From Aplysia californica (lineage: Eukaryota), in NCBI RefSeq assembly GCF_000002075.1, contig NW_004797368.1, positions 663,428 to 727,427 of the forward strand: a stretch of 64,000 nt of DNA, written 5' to 3'. Under the pieces are notes generated by a model. That model ran no database searches and was not told the origin of the DNA. It saw nothing but the letters and a program-made list of their open reading frames with translations. Below are positions 62,509-64,000 of this stretch, one piece after another (position 1 is the first letter of the stretch; every line of letters begins with the position of its first letter). The position numbers and the translations under genes were made by a program.

Positions 62509-63031
62509 GTAGGCCAGGTCTCTTCACTGATAAAAATTTTTTGTAGAGTTTGGTCTTTGAAAATTTTCCCATTTTAAGGCCTTTTACTTTTAGCCTAAAT
62601 CATGAAACTAAGTTTCTTTTCCTTTCCTTTTGTAATTGATTTAACATTATTTGAGTTTCCTTGATCTAATTTAGATGGATAGGCCTAATTATACATTTTT
62701 ATTTTTCAAACTTGTAGAAAAATAATGTTAGCTTTTTTAGGTGCACAAACTAGATTAGTTTAACTGATTTTTTCCTTTCCAAAATATTTGTAATTTATGC
62801 AGTCCATTGTTTTTATTTTGAGAGAAGCTCTCTCTCTTTTCGTCTTTTTCTTTAACTTTCATATACTTCACATGCATTGTCTTTTCATTTAGTTGTCTTT
62901 ACTGAAATATAATTTCAATAAAATATAATGGCTCTTAATTATCCTAGACCATCCTACAAAGCTATGAAATTTACTGTGATTAAGAAAATGGAACCTTTAT
63001 TTATTATTATTGCAATAAAAATTTCCCACAG

Positions 63032-63192
63032 GTCATAATGACATGGTACGCTGTTTCTCTTGTGGTGTTGAACTCTTTGACTGGATGCCTGGTGCTGATC
63101 CACTGACCCAGCACGCCCGTGCCTCTCCATCCTGTTTTTTCCTGCAGCACAACAAAGGTCAAGAGTTCATCAACAACGCTCAGCAACAAGAG
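63032..63192 (+). CDS. IAP copy C exon 2: second half of BIR3
   Basis: ccacag acceptor and gtgaat donor; HNDMVRCFSCGVELFDWMPGADPLTQHARASPSCFFLQHNKGQEFINNAQQQE. Confidence 0.92.
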
Positions 63193-63688
63193 GTGAATTC
63201 ATGATTACTTTTATTGTAACATGTGTATAGAGGCCTACCTATTATAGCTTCCTGTATGATGAAAGTTGAAGTTGTGAAGAAAGAAATAAACTATTCTACT
63301 CAGAGGTGTATTAAAATTGCTTTCAAATCTTTAAAGTGCTCTATTTATTTTTCTTGATCTTTTGAATCTTATAATGATTTATCTTCAGAATTTTTGTTTC
63401 TTGTTCTCACAATAATTAACAGAACCGTACTTGAACTCTCTATGTATTTTCAAAATAAATTACTTCCCGTTCACATCTGCTTTTCTGTTGAAACCATATT
63501 GATGTGCAGAAATCAAAGCATCAGCATGGAATGACCATGGGTAAAAGCATTCTTTTTTACTCTTAAACTAGCATCTGCGTTTGTCGCGGCCGTGACCCGC
63601 GAATCGTGGCCGCGATTTTTGGCATTTTTTGGTCCACGAATCGCGGCCGCGATTTTTGCATTAAAAAAAACAAACCACTGTTGGGGAA

Positions 63689-64000
63689 TCATCATCATCA
63701 TCCAGTGCCAGATCTGTGACAGACATCGGCAATCATGGTTCTCCACTCATTCCTCTGCCCGGAAGCTCTCAAAAAAGCTACATTTCCCTGATCTTTTCCT
63801 GTTACCCATTTTTTTAGGTTCCCTAAGTATGTTGTTCTGGGCCTTCCCTTGTCTGGCTTGCCCTCAATTTTGCCAGTGAGAGCTAGATGTTCAAGACCCT
63901 ATAATGTCTATTTATGTGTCCCAAAAACTGCAATTGTTGTTTCCTGATTGTTTTTAACATTGAGCGTCCCACATGGGCTTCATCAAGCATCATTTGATTT
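63689..64000 (-). mobile_element. RTE-clade LINE 3' fragment with (TGA)n tail in intron 2 of copy C
   Basis: Minus strand reads MLKTIRKQQLQFLGHINR..LEHLALTGKIEGKPDKGRPRTTYL..EWRTMIADVC, with frameshifts. Confidence 0.85.

Overview
Eukaryotic, AT-rich, intron-containing animal DNA with many assembly gaps. It looks molluscan/gastropod, which is an inference from gene content and repeat style. The left part holds the last seven coding exons of a + strand gene for a VWA domain followed by two chitin-binding-like cysteine modules (CDS ends at 10518). The rest is a head-to-tail tandem array of three paralogous inhibitor-of-apoptosis (IAP/BIRC-like) genes with ATGs at 16292, 36435 and 61584; the third runs off the window. 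Their architecture is BIR1-BIR2-BIR3, Ser/Thr linker, UBA-like, heptad-repeat coiled coil, RING. The coiled coil is encoded by 21-nt repeats whose number and type differ between copies. Copy B carries a duplicated exon 4-5 (UBA + coiled-coil) block, and copy A shows two apparent frame-disrupting lesions. All three copies share a ~250-bp upstream module with kappaB-, E2F-, ETS- and forkhead-like motifs and a conserved uORF. The remainder is SINEs, RTE-LINE 3' ends, MITEs, a piggyBac-like remnant, minisatellites, microsatellites and an interstitial telomere-like tract. Exon boundaries were read by eye from splice signals, reading phase and paralog comparison; no database search was run.
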